The notes below the pieces were generated by a model. It saw only the letters and a list, made by a program, of their open reading frames with translations, searched no databases and had not been told where the DNA came from. This document shows, piece by piece, positions 40,431 to 49,351 of a stretch of DNA of 64,000 bases; the stretch's first letter is position 1; each line of letters opens with the position of its first letter. A program made the translations under genes and the position numbers. Source of the stretch: an uncultured Gammaproteobacteria bacterium (GTDB taxonomy: Bacteria > Patescibacteriota > Microgenomatia > Levybacterales > GWA1-39-11); contig CAYVFE010000001.1 of assembly GCA_964450885.1 (NCBI GenBank), positions 438,572 to 502,571 of the forward strand, in the 5' to 3' direction.

Positions 40431-41507
40431 ATGAATAAAGTTGCTGTCCTTATTTTTCTACTAACAATACTCCTTTCATCAATCGGGCTGTTCATCTTGT
40501 ATGAGAGCTCATCTTATACGGCACTTCTGAATCTTGATGATAGATTTTATTTCATTAAAAATCAGGCGATATATCTTCCGATCGGAATAGTCTTGGCTTT
40601 GATAGTAAGCAAATTTCCAGAGAAGAAGCTTTATGCATTGTCCCTGCCATTTTTACTTGCGACATTTATACTTTTAATTGCTGTGTTTTTACCAGGACTT
40701 GGTTTAGAGCTTAAGGGTTCTCATAGATGGATAGACTTAGGCTTTACTGTATTCCAGCCCTCCGAGCTTTTGAAAATCTCTATGACGCTTTATCTTGCCG
40801 CCTGGTTTTCTAGTAAGGAGAAGGGAAGAGTCTTTGCTTTTCTTATACTTCTCGGAGTATTTTGTGGTCTAGTCATGCTTCAACCTGATTTAGGAACCAC
40901 TTTTATTATCTCGATTACTGCAATTTCGCTGTTCTTTTTATCTGGAGCCAAGATTAAGGAAATGCTTTTGATAGGCGCTATCTTGTCGGCAGGGGTCATA
41001 TTTTTTATAGGCACTGCTTCTTATAGGTTGGAAAGATTTTCTTCTTTTAGAGAATTTTCTATAGAAAACCCTACAGATAACACATATCACTTGAGGCAAA
41101 TTATCCTAGGAATAGGGTCTGGGGGGCTATTGGGTGTGGGTCCCGGTAATTCCATACAAAAATATGCCTACTTACCTGAAAATACGACTGATTCGATTTT
41201 CGCGATCTACGCAGAAGAGACGGGTTTTATAGGGTCGTTATTTCTGATATCTTTGTATCTTGGTTATACTTTGTTGGGTTTTTTAATTGCAGTTCGATCA
41301 AAAGATATGTTTGGACGTCTTCTCGCCTCAGGTATTACTATTTTTATTTCTGCCCAGGCCTTGATAAATCTTTCCTCACAAGCGATAATAGTGCCCTTGA
41401 CAGGAGTTCCACTGCCTTTTATATCATTTGGAGGAAGCTCAATGATCATAAATTTTATAGCGGTGGGACTTTTGATGAATGTAGCAAATCATTCAAATAA
41501 AAAATGA
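40431..41507 (+). CDS. ftsW: SEDS-family peptidoglycan glycosyltransferase FtsW
   Basis: It has the SEDS motifs FQPSELLKISMTLYLAAW and VPLTGVPLPFISFGGSS. Confidence 0.8.
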   Translation: MNKVAVLIFLLTILLSSIGLFILYESSSYTALLNLDDRFYFIKNQAIYLPIGIVLALIVSKFPEKKLYALSLPFLLATFILLIAVFLPGLGLELKGSHRWIDLGFTVFQPSELLKISMTLYLAAWFSSKEKGRVFAFLILLGVFCGLVMLQPDLGTTFIISITAISLFFLSGAKIKEMLLIGAILSAGVIFFIGTASYRLERFSSFREFSIENPTDNTYHLRQIILGIGSGGLLGVGPGNSIQKYAYLPENTTDSIFAIYAEETGFIGSLFLISLYLGYTLLGFLIAVRSKDMFGRLLASGITIFISAQALINLSSQAIIVPLTGVPLPFISFGGSSMIINFIAVGLLMNVANHSNKK

Positions 41508-42580
41508 AAGTAGTTATAACAGGTAGTCACTTTTCACCGGCTTATGCTGTGATCAAAAAAAGTACGTGGAAAATCACGGTAGTTGGTAGAAAGTATGCAC
41601 TATCAAATACTCAAACTGAGTCTTACGAATACAAACTTTGTATGGAAAAGAAAATTCCATTTAAAGTCCTGGACGTTCCCAGATTTTTGAGGGTTTCGCC
41701 TATAAAATCAATATTATCTTCTTCGGCGCTTTTGAGATCGATAAAAAAAGCTAGAAAAATATTAAAAGAAGTAGATCCTGATGTCATACTTTCATTTGGT
41801 GGATATACAGCACTGCCTGTTGTGATTGCAGCATTCACATTAAAAAAACCTATCGCTATTCATGAGCAGACTTTGGAAGCAGGGCTTTCTAATAGATTAT
41901 CAAGTCTTTTTGCAAATAAGGTTTTTATTTCATTCAACTCCTCAAGAAAATTTTTTTCAAAAAATAAAACCTTCCTTACGGGGAATCCGATAAGAGACGA
42001 AATAATGAATTCGGAAAATATTTCTCCGGTAGTTACAACAACAAAGAAAATAATATATGTTACTGGAGGAAGTACAGGATCTATGGCGGTAAATGATTTA
42101 CTGGGGAAGATTATTCCATCACTCTCTGATTATTTTATAGTGCACCAGTATGGTGCATCGAGTAAAAATACATTTCATAAAAATGACAATTATCTAGGAA
42201 AGCCCTTCTTCTCTCCGCAAGAGGTTGCATGGATAATGAACAATGCATCGCTTATCATCTCAAGATCAGGAATAAATACAGTTAGTGAAATTTTGTATTT
42301 GGGTACTCCAGCTATATTTATCCCACTACCATATGGACAGAAAAATGAACAGTTGAAAAATGCCAGATATGCTCAAAAGCATGGAAGGACTCAATATTTT
42401 ATACAGGAAAAAGTAACTGCTGCTGCGCTACTTAAAGCCGTACGTGATATGATAAAAAAAGGTAAGACTAAAAAGCCTACAGAGATAATGCGCAGGAGCG
42501 CTTTAGCAACGGATGCAATAATAAATGAAACTGAAGAACTTGATAAAAAAGCCACCAAGACAAAATCCAAAGGAAAATAA
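41504..42580 (+). CDS. murG: undecaprenyldiphospho-muramoylpentapeptide beta-N-acetylglucosaminyltransferase
   Basis: It has the MurG motifs MKVVITGSHFSPAYA and GGYTALPVVIAA...IHEQ. Confidence 0.8.
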   Translation: MKVVITGSHFSPAYAVIKKSTWKITVVGRKYALSNTQTESYEYKLCMEKKIPFKVLDVPRFLRVSPIKSILSSSALLRSIKKARKILKEVDPDVILSFGGYTALPVVIAAFTLKKPIAIHEQTLEAGLSNRLSSLFANKVFISFNSSRKFFSKNKTFLTGNPIRDEIMNSENISPVVTTTKKIIYVTGGSTGSMAVNDLLGKIIPSLSDYFIVHQYGASSKNTFHKNDNYLGKPFFSPQEVAWIMNNASLIISRSGINTVSEILYLGTPAIFIPLPYGQKNEQLKNARYAQKHGRTQYFIQEKVTAAALLKAVRDMIKKGKTKKPTEIMRRSALATDAIINETEELDKKATKTKSKGK

Positions 42581-43046
42581 AACCTTCCGTACTTCGATAA
42601 AGTCTAAAAAAAAGCATACGCGTATAGATCAGAGAGAAAAAAACAAATCCAGCAAGAGTATAAAAATATTAGCGGTAGTGATCTTAGGAGTATTTGCTGC
42701 AGTTGTGATACTCTTTCTTATGGCTTCTCTATACAACTCGATTATTCTGAAAAGTCTTAATTCGAAAAAGATAATTTCCCCAGGTGTGCAAAATATTATA
42801 ACGATCGATGAGGCTAGGCGGATTCTAATTGAGAAGGATATACGCATCAAGACACTGGAGTATTCTTCGGGTTCTGCAGCATTAAGTTTGACCATAGAGA
42901 ATGGTCCAGTTGTATACTTTTCAAGCGGCGTTTTATTTGAAGAGCAGGCGGATATATTATATAGGTTGCTTTCTAGCCTCAAAATGGAAGGCAGAAGTGC
43001 AAGAATTATCGATCTTAGGTATAATAGACCTATTGTAAAATTTTAG
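42525..43046 (+). CDS. ftsQ: cell division protein FtsQ/DivIB-like (minimal form)
   Basis: It has one TM helix and a C-terminal ...RIIDLRYNRPIVKF segment matching the conserved FtsQ VDLRY end. It lies between murG and ftsA. Confidence 0.5.
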   Translation: MKLKNLIKKPPRQNPKENKTFRTSIKSKKKHTRIDQREKNKSSKSIKILAVVILGVFAAVVILFLMASLYNSIILKSLNSKKIISPGVQNIITIDEARRILIEKDIRIKTLEYSSGSAALSLTIENGPVVYFSSGVLFEEQADILYRLLSSLKMEGRSARIIDLRYNRPIVKF

Positions 43047-43070
43047 TACTTATACTAAGCTTAAAACAGT

Positions 43071-44351
43071 ATGAAGACCTCAGACTTGGTAGTTGGTGTG
43101 GATATCGGTTCATCGAAAATTGCGACTGTTATAGGTCGAGTTGAGGACGAAACGATAAATATCCTTGGTGTCTCCGAAGTTCCGTCAAAAGGTATAAAAA
43201 AGGGCCAGATAGTAAATATCGATGAAGCCGCAAATGTAATCAACGCGGGTCTTGATGCTGCAGAGCGTATGGCAGGGCTTTCTGCCGAACGTGCTTTCGT
43301 TTCTATCAGTGGAGTTAACATCGAAGGGGAAAATTCTAAAGGTGTAGTTGCTGTATCACAACCAGATGGTGAGATATCAGACTATGACGTTGAAAGAGTG
43401 CTCGAGGCGGCTGGTGCTGTCTCTCTGCCCACTACTAGGGAAATAATACACGTTGTTCCTAAAACCTTCACAGTCGATGGTGAGGGTGGAATCAAAGATC
43501 CTGTGGGTATGTCTGGAGTCAGGCTTGAGGTTGATACACATATTATTACAGCAAACAATGCGACTATTAAAAATATAGAAAGGATCCTGACCCAAGAGGC
43601 AGGAGTTGAAGTGCAGGCCTTGGTATTCTCAGGACTTTCATCATCACTTGCGACCCTCTCCGATACTGAAAAAGAGCTGGGGGTGATTCTTGCTGATATA
43701 GGAGCAGGGGTAACGAATATCGCGGTGTATGTAGATGGGTCGTTAAGCTATACAAGTGTTATCCCTATAGGCGCGCGGCATATCACAAACGACCTGGCGA
43801 TCGGATTGAGGATTTCTTTGGAAAGCGCAGAGAAAGTAAAGCTATTTTTATCGCAGCAGAAAAGAAGAAAGGGAGAATTGCCTAAAAAGGAAGATGACGA
43901 GTTAGACTTAGAGCACCTACATATACCTGAGGATGTGCGAAAGGTATCCAGGAAAACTTTGACAGAGGGTATCATAAGGCCGAGACTTAACGAGTTATTT
44001 ACTATGATAGCGATAGAAATTAAAAAAAGTGGATTTGCTACCCAGACACCAGCAGGAATTGTAGTTACTGGTGGAGGTGCAAAAACTGTCGGCGTAGAGG
44101 ATGCTGCAAAGAGAATGCTGTCTATGCCTGTAAGAGTGGGAATACCTACAAATATAACAGGTCTTATTGATGATGTGGAAACCCCTACATTTGCAACTGC
44201 TGTGGGTCTCTTGAGATCGGCCGAAAGCTACAAAGTTATGGAACCATCATTCTCGATGGGAAACATGTTCGGGAACTTCAACTTTAATTTTGGAGGTAAG
44301 GATATAATGAAAAAGGCCAAAAAATTCATAAGTAAATTTATCCCTCTTTAG
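43071..44351 (+). CDS. ftsA: cell division protein FtsA
   Basis: It has the actin-fold start VVGVDIGSSKIATVIGRV...GIKKGQIVNIDEAANVI. Confidence 0.85.
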   Translation: MKTSDLVVGVDIGSSKIATVIGRVEDETINILGVSEVPSKGIKKGQIVNIDEAANVINAGLDAAERMAGLSAERAFVSISGVNIEGENSKGVVAVSQPDGEISDYDVERVLEAAGAVSLPTTREIIHVVPKTFTVDGEGGIKDPVGMSGVRLEVDTHIITANNATIKNIERILTQEAGVEVQALVFSGLSSSLATLSDTEKELGVILADIGAGVTNIAVYVDGSLSYTSVIPIGARHITNDLAIGLRISLESAEKVKLFLSQQKRRKGELPKKEDDELDLEHLHIPEDVRKVSRKTLTEGIIRPRLNELFTMIAIEIKKSGFATQTPAGIVVTGGGAKTVGVEDAAKRMLSMPVRVGIPTNITGLIDDVETPTFATAVGLLRSAESYKVMEPSFSMGNMFGNFNFNFGGKDIMKKAKKFISKFIPL

Positions 44352-44410
44352 TAATAAAATTTAATTGAAAAGCCATTTTTTTTATGGTAGGATAACTTAC
44401 CGTAACTAAT

Positions 44411-45550
44411 ATGCTCATAAGACCTCAAGCTTCCACATTTGCCAAAATAAGAGTCGTCGGTATCGGCGGGGGAGGAGGAAATTCTACGGATTCGATGATC
44501 TCAGAGGGTCAAATCCAAGGAGTTGACTTCATAGCGTTAAATACTGATGCACAGGCTCTTTTAAAGAATAAAGCTACAACAAAGCTTCAGATTGGTGAAA
44601 ATCTAACTCGTGGGCTTGGCTCTGGTGGAAATCCAGACATAGGACGAGCTGCAGCAGAGGAAAGTGCAGAGAAGATAAAACAGCTTCTGGAGGGATCCGA
44701 CATGGTTTTTCTTACAGCAGGAATGGGCGGTGGAACTGGTACAGGTGCAACCTCGATCGTAGCACAAGCAGCAAAAGAAGCAGGCGCTCTAACTATAGCT
44801 GTCGTTACAAAGCCTTTCAGCTTCGAGGGGGCACGAAGAAAGGTCTCAGCAGAAGAGGGAATTGAGGAGCTTAAGGATAAGGTCGACACACTTATAACTA
44901 TACCTAATCAGAGGATTCTTGAGGCGGTTGATAAAAAACTTTCTCTTATTGAGGCATTCAAGGTGGCGGATTCGGTTCTTGGGCACGGCGTAAAAGGGAT
45001 TTCAGATATCATTACAGTCCCCGGACTTATAAACGTCGACTTTGCTGATGTTAAGGCAATCATGAACGAGGCAGGAAGCGCACTTATGGGGATAGGTGTC
45101 GGTGTTGGTGAGAACCGTGCACAACTTGCAGCACGTCAGGCGACTTCATCACCGCTTCTTGAAGTATCTATGGATGGTGCACGTGGAGTCCTATTTAACA
45201 TAACAGGGGGCGCTGATATGACTATGCAGGAAGTAGAGGATGCATCTCGTGTTATCTCAAAGTCTGCAGACCCAGATGCAAATATCATATTTGGAGCTGC
45301 AATCAATGAGGAGCTAAAAGATGAAATCCGCATTACACTTATTGCGACAGGATTTGATGAGTCACGTGTCAGGCTCCAGCAGATGGTAGAAGATACAGTC
45401 GACAATATGCAGGGTGGAAATAGCAGCAATAACGATGATGATAGACGTGATCAGTATAGAGACTCAGGAAATGGCAATTCAAATGAAAGATCTAATGACG
45501 ATGACGAGGACATATTCGAGATCCCCGCATTTCTCAGGCAAAAGAATTAG
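44411..45550 (+). CDS. ftsZ: cell division protein FtsZ
   Basis: It has the tubulin signature GGGTGTGA. The C-terminus ...EIPAFLRQKN is the conserved FtsA-binding peptide. Confidence 0.95.
   Translation: MLIRPQASTFAKIRVVGIGGGGGNSTDSMISEGQIQGVDFIALNTDAQALLKNKATTKLQIGENLTRGLGSGGNPDIGRAAAEESAEKIKQLLEGSDMVFLTAGMGGGTGTGATSIVAQAAKEAGALTIAVVTKPFSFEGARRKVSAEEGIEELKDKVDTLITIPNQRILEAVDKKLSLIEAFKVADSVLGHGVKGISDIITVPGLINVDFADVKAIMNEAGSALMGIGVGVGENRAQLAARQATSSPLLEVSMDGARGVLFNITGGADMTMQEVEDASRVISKSADPDANIIFGAAINEELKDEIRITLIATGFDESRVRLQQMVEDTVDNMQGGNSSNNDDDRRDQYRDSGNGNSNERSNDDDEDIFEIPAFLRQKN
45521..45550. repeat. left direct repeat (attL-like), identical to the ftsZ 3' end
   Basis: atccccgcatttctcaggcaaaagaattag also occurs at 54319-54348, with 24 of 30 positions identical. 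Confidence 0.7.
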
Positions 45551-45573
45551 TCTTAAAAACTTCAATTACGAGT

Positions 45574-45597
45574 AGCACCGCAAGGTGCTTTTTTTAT
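45574..45597 (+). terminator. intrinsic terminator downstream of ftsZ
   Basis: The hairpin agcacc-gcaa-ggtgct is followed by a run of seven T. Confidence 0.7.
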
Positions 45598-45711
45598 GTC
45601 TTGCTGAGAGTAGCAAGGATGAAGATTGAATTATAGGTTCAGTTTTGCTAGACTGATTATAGTTCCTCGTAAGAACCCACTTCATTCTACAAGCTACTCC
45701 CGAAAGGGAGT

Positions 45712-46725
45712 ATGAAAATACAAGAACAGGATTTTGTTCAATTCTTAACCATAAAGGGAAAGCTGGCAAAAAAGACTATTGATACATATAGGATTAGGTT
45801 TCGTATTATAAATAGATGGCTTGAAACGAATAAGATTGAGCTTGATAAATATGCATTTGAAAAGTTCCTCTATGAGCTAAGGGAAAAAGACTTAAGCAAT
45901 TCCGCTATAAACACATATATTCAAACAGCGAAGCATATTGAAGGATACTGCAAAGACAGGGGTTTGCCTACTGGCTTTTCTGAGGGTATTGAAAGCATGC
46001 CAAAAACTCACCCCGAGATAAATCCATTAACTCATGATGAAGTTGAACAGCTATTCAACACACATTTGGAATATAAGAATAGAAATGGTGTAAATTGTGA
46101 TAGTCTAGATTTGAAGTATGTTACGCTTACAAAATTTCTTGCGTTGACTGGTAGTAGGATTGAGGAAGCCGCTTCACTAAAAATAAAAAGACTTGATATA
46201 GATAATGGGCAAGCATATTTAGTGAACACAAAAAATAAACAAAATAGATATGTGTTTTTTGACGGTGAAATTAAGTTTGCTCTCACAGAACTTGTAAAGG
46301 GCAGAAAAGATGATGATTTGGTTTTTACAAACAGTAAAGGTGAGCATATTAAGAATGGAGATTTTAATAAAGATTTGCAGTTAAGAGCAAAAAAAGCAGG
46401 TATTACAAAACGGGTACACGCCCATTTGTTAAGACACTCTTTTGGGACGAGTCTTTATAAAAGCAGTCATGATGTAGTTGCAGTGAAAGAGCTTATGGGA
46501 CACAAGGATATTAAATCAACAATGATATATGTGAGTTTAGACACAGAATATTTGAAAAAATCTGCTCAAAGACACCCTTTATTAAGAAAATACATAAAGC
46601 CAATAGAGCGGATTAAGGAGGTAAAAGAATGCATTCAAGCACTTAACTTAGATGATGACAATAGGTTGGATTTTTCACTTTTGGAACATAGTGGAACTCT
46701 GAAATTTGAAGTCAAAATAAAATAA
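45712..46725 (+). CDS. tyrosine-type site-specific recombinase / phage integrase
   Basis: It has an N-terminal SAM-like domain. The catalytic region has R...HLLRHSFGTSL...MGHKDIKSTMIYVSL, the R-H-R-Y signature. Confidence 0.85.
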   Translation: MKIQEQDFVQFLTIKGKLAKKTIDTYRIRFRIINRWLETNKIELDKYAFEKFLYELREKDLSNSAINTYIQTAKHIEGYCKDRGLPTGFSEGIESMPKTHPEINPLTHDEVEQLFNTHLEYKNRNGVNCDSLDLKYVTLTKFLALTGSRIEEAASLKIKRLDIDNGQAYLVNTKNKQNRYVFFDGEIKFALTELVKGRKDDDLVFTNSKGEHIKNGDFNKDLQLRAKKAGITKRVHAHLLRHSFGTSLYKSSHDVVAVKELMGHKDIKSTMIYVSLDTEYLKKSAQRHPLLRKYIKPIERIKEVKECIQALNLDDDNRLDFSLLEHSGTLKFEVKIK

Positions 46726-46727
46726 CT

Positions 46728-47141
46728 ATGGCAGAAGCAATTCAAAACGATGGCATCAAGGCAAGAATTTTAGAATACCTCAAAGATGGGGTGTCAAAAA
46801 AAGATAGTGCTGTTCTATCAGGAATAAGTGAGGCAACTCTTTATCGTTGGGTTGAAGAAGATGACAGTTTTAAGAGCCAGATTGAGGCTAGTATACTTGA
46901 ATACAAACATACGCTTGTTAAGAACCTAGTGGCTAATGCTGAAAAAGATGGAAGGCTTGCATTGGAAATACTTTCAAGACGATACCCTAACGAATGGGGA
47001 GTAAATGCAGTCAATAACGACAGAACTGAAGCACTTAGGAAAGAAAGAATAGATGTAGTAAGGTGGTATGAAAAAATATTGCAAAAAGAACATGAGCGCG
47101 CGATAGAAGGAAAAGTTGAAGAAGAAAGCTCTATATCTTAA
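46728..47141 (+). CDS. small HTH-containing protein (possible excisionase / small-terminase-like DNA-binding protein)
   Basis: VSKKDSAVLSGISEATLYRWVEEDD has an HTH pattern, and the gene is directly downstream of the integrase. Confidence 0.3.
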   Translation: MAEAIQNDGIKARILEYLKDGVSKKDSAVLSGISEATLYRWVEEDDSFKSQIEASILEYKHTLVKNLVANAEKDGRLALEILSRRYPNEWGVNAVNNDRTEALRKERIDVVRWYEKILQKEHERAIEGKVEEESSIS

Positions 47142-47343
47142 ACAGTTCTGAAAGTGGCACGCCTAAAGCCCGTGAGATTTTGTAAGCGGTTTTGACTGAA
47201 ATATTTCTTCCGTTCTCTATATCCCAGAAATAGGCTCTATGTAGACCTGCTTTTTCTGCTAATTCCTCTTGTGTTAACCCTTTCTGTTTTCTTAACTGCT
47301 CAATTCTGGTTGCCAATTTTTGGTAAAGAAAATTGTAGTTCAT
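47131..47343 (-). CDS. XRE-family HTH transcriptional regulator
   Basis: LRKQKGLTQEELAEKAGLHRAYFWDIENGRNISVKTAYKISRALGVPLSELF matches the XRE HTH. I place the start at MNYNF (47343), not at the upstream ATG of the listed ORF. Confidence 0.75.
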   Translation of the reverse strand: MNYNFLYQKLATRIEQLRKQKGLTQEELAEKAGLHRAYFWDIENGRNISVKTAYKISRALGVPLSELFKI

Positions 47344-47363
47344 ACCAATCAAAACTATCAAAT

Positions 47364-47396
47364 TGCAGGATATTTCTTTACCAGATATATCTTGCA
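47364..47396. promoter_or_regulatory. inverted repeat TGCAGGATAT-N13-ATATCTTGCA in the divergent XRE/SHOCT promoter region (candidate operator)
   Basis: The 10-bp arms are reverse complements with one mismatch. Confidence 0.35.
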
Positions 47397-47452
47397 TTAT
47401 TCAAGAACAGGTTGTAATATTAAGATTAATTGGCATAGTATCAATTAACACT

Positions 47453-47821
47453 ATGGACGCTGAAAAGACATTATTTGAAACGAGCTTTGCGGGATTTTGG
47501 ATTAAAATATATCCAAGTAGAGTTGAGTTTAAAGCTGGAGCTGGTTCAGAAATAATTCCAATTAGTCAGATTTCCAGTATTCATACAGGAATGTTGGGAT
47601 ATAGCCAAATAACAATAGAAACAACAGGAGGCAAGAAATATAATATTCCATGTGGTAAGAAGAACGAAGTAAAACAGGCTATTTTCCAAGCACAAGCAGG
47701 AAATGGACAACAAGCAGTGCTGAGCATTGCTGACGAATTGTTAAAGTTAAAACAATTAAAAGATAGTGGAATATTAACCGAAGAGGAATTTAATAAACAA
47801 AAAGAAAAACTAATCTCCTAA
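47453..47821 (+). CDS. SHOCT-domain protein (PH-like N-terminal domain plus C-terminal SHOCT)
   Basis: The C-terminus LLKLKQLKDSGILTEEEFNKQKEKLI is a SHOCT motif. The start is taken at MDAEK; the listed ORF begins at a TTG upstream. Confidence 0.5.
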   Translation: MDAEKTLFETSFAGFWIKIYPSRVEFKAGAGSEIIPISQISSIHTGMLGYSQITIETTGGKKYNIPCGKKNEVKQAIFQAQAGNGQQAVLSIADELLKLKQLKDSGILTEEEFNKQKEKLIS

Positions 47822-47997
47822 ATTACTGCAGGGTCTTGCACTAGACCCGTAGTTAAAACTTGTCAACCCCCAAAATGGAAAAATTACATACTAATTATGA
47901 ACCTAAGTTCATAGAAATATATATATGAAATAAACTTATAGTCAGAAAACCATATGATATTCTCTACTCAACCAAATGATTGGGTGGAGAATAAAGA

Positions 47998-48034
47998 CTC
48001 CTGTTAGGGACTCCACCCAAGACAGGAGTTTTTA
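47998..48034 (+). promoter_or_regulatory. SD-sequestering hairpin plus U-run immediately upstream of the 48036 start
   Basis: The stem ctcctgt(47998-48004)/acaggag(48022-48028) is followed by ttttta and then ATG. The aggag SD sits in the 3' arm. The loop ctccaccc can pair with the upstream gggtggag (47982-47989). Confidence 0.35.
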
Positions 48035-48035
48035 T

Positions 48036-48407
48036 ATGGAAAAAGTTGGAGATATCCTATCCGTAAATGGAAAAACAGTTAACAGTAAGTATAAATCTTT
48101 AACTACAGTAAACAGTAATACTGTTAACAGTAATGTGTGGGAAGAGGTTGAGAATTTAATTCAAATTCACAATATTAAGCCAGAGGGAATAGCAAAGCAT
48201 ATAGCAGAACAGCTAAGTGATGAGAAAAGTCTTCATTATTACTCACTCCTTGTAAAAGAACATAGCTACGAGAAGCTTTTTGAAGCCATGTATTTAACCG
48301 TAGAGTCATGGAAAAATGGCAAAATTAGAACATCAAAACCAATTTACTTTATTGCTATTTTGAGACACTGGGGATTTAGAACAAATTTCAAGGAGGACAA
48401 AAGTTGA
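48036..48407 (+). CDS. hypothetical protein with repeated TVNS motif
   Basis: The ORF has an SD 7 nt upstream of its start. I recognise no family. Confidence 0.4.
   Translation: MEKVGDILSVNGKTVNSKYKSLTTVNSNTVNSNVWEEVENLIQIHNIKPEGIAKHIAEQLSDEKSLHYYSLLVKEHSYEKLFEAMYLTVESWKNGKIRTSKPIYFIAILRHWGFRTNFKEDKS
48075..48134. repeat. three copies of a 15-bp repeat ACWGTWAACAGTAAK (two in tandem), including the perfect 12-bp palindrome ACTGTTAACAGT
   Basis: The copies lie at 48075-48089, 48105-48119 and 48120-48134, inside the 5' end of the 48036 ORF. Confidence 0.5.
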
Positions 48408-48631
48408 AAAGTAGACTTGTTAACAAAAATTCTACATTTCATGCTCGTATTGATAAGGGTTGGTGGAAAATACTTTCTCAATTGCGAACTGAGACAGGAA
48501 AGGGCTTTAAAGAGCTTATAGAGGACGCTCTAATAAACACCTACTATATTGGTGATGATGGAAAACCAGAAGTATATAGCAAGCCCAAGAGTGGACAAGC
48601 AAAAATAGATTTAAATCTTACGAGGAATTAA
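48404..48631 (+). CDS. hypothetical small protein (possibly ribbon-helix-helix-like)
   Basis: The 75-aa ORF overlaps the upstream stop by 4 nt. Any family assignment is weak. Confidence 0.3.
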   Translation: MKSRLVNKNSTFHARIDKGWWKILSQLRTETGKGFKELIEDALINTYYIGDDGKPEVYSKPKSGQAKIDLNLTRN

Positions 48632-48658
48632 GTCTGGAGTAGCTTGTAGATTGAGAGT

Positions 48659-48680
48659 AGGGGCTAGTTTATCTAGCCCT
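48659..48680. terminator. hairpin between convergent genes (ggggctag-tttat-ctagccc)
   Basis: It lies between the stops at 48631 (+) and 48697 (-). There is a weak T-run on the + strand. Confidence 0.3.
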
Positions 48681-48696
48681 TACAAATGAGATCGCG

Positions 48697-49302
48697 TTAG
48701 CCTTGCCTTAAAAGACCTACAAATTTTCCCCGAATTTCAATTTCACCTGGAAAAAAAAATTTGGACTGCAATGAGGAATTTCGTGGACGAAGTTCAATCT
48801 TGTTTCCTTGATTATAAAACCTTTTAACGCTGGCAAGTTGAGCACCGCTTTTATCAAAGAATAAAGCAATTACAACATCTCCATTATCTGCATAGTTTTG
48901 TTGTCTTACTAGAATAATGTCTTCAGGAAGTATCCCATCCTCCACCATGCTTTCTCCTTGGACTTTAAGTGCAAAGTGTTGACCGGTGGGAGAAATTAGA
49001 GATTTTTGCACTTTAATTGGTTCTGGGTTTTCAATATTCTCCAATCCTCCTCCAGCTGAAATTGTTCCTATGAGAGGTATTCTTACTACCTCTTCGTAAG
49101 GATCTAGGATTCCGATGCTACGTGCATTAGTAGTTGGTAATTTCAGAAAACCCTTTCTTCGTAAAACTTGAATATGCTGATGAATCGTTGGGACAGATTT
49201 TTCAAAAGCTCGTGCAATTTCATCAAGCGTAGGACCATGCCCGCTTTTTGCTTGATAATCATTTATGAATTTTAAGATCTCCTTTTGCTTTGGTGATAGC
49301 AT
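48697..49302 (-). CDS. lexA: LexA-type repressor (winged HTH plus S24 peptidase)
   Basis: MLSPKQKEILKFINDYQAKSGHGPTLDEIARAFEKSVPTIHQHIQVLRRKGFL is a LexA DNA-binding domain. The C-terminus has GESM (the catalytic Ser) and a downstream Lys (VKRF). Confidence 0.8.
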   Translation of the reverse strand: MLSPKQKEILKFINDYQAKSGHGPTLDEIARAFEKSVPTIHQHIQVLRRKGFLKLPTTNARSIGILDPYEEVVRIPLIGTISAGGGLENIENPEPIKVQKSLISPTGQHFALKVQGESMVEDGILPEDIILVRQQNYADNGDVVIALFFDKSGAQLASVKRFYNQGNKIELRPRNSSLQSKFFFPGEIEIRGKFVGLLRQG

Positions 49303-49351
49303 GATTTTTGCTCCTTGCAATACCTAATAGTTTAAGGTATATTTTACATAA

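Noticed and set aside
45598-45711. Looked for a tRNA or tmRNA gene as the integration target next to the integrase and at the right island boundary (54196-54318).
   Set aside because: I found no acceptor-stem/T-loop (GTTCRANYC)-like sequence or cloverleaf. The att repeat is instead the ftsZ 3' end.
45712-46725. Considered whether the tyrosine recombinase is the chromosomal XerC/D dimer-resolution enzyme rather than an island integrase.
   Set aside because: It sits directly beside a direct-repeat boundary and unrelated cargo. It is followed by a small HTH gene, and it has a phage-integrase-type N-terminal SAM-like domain.
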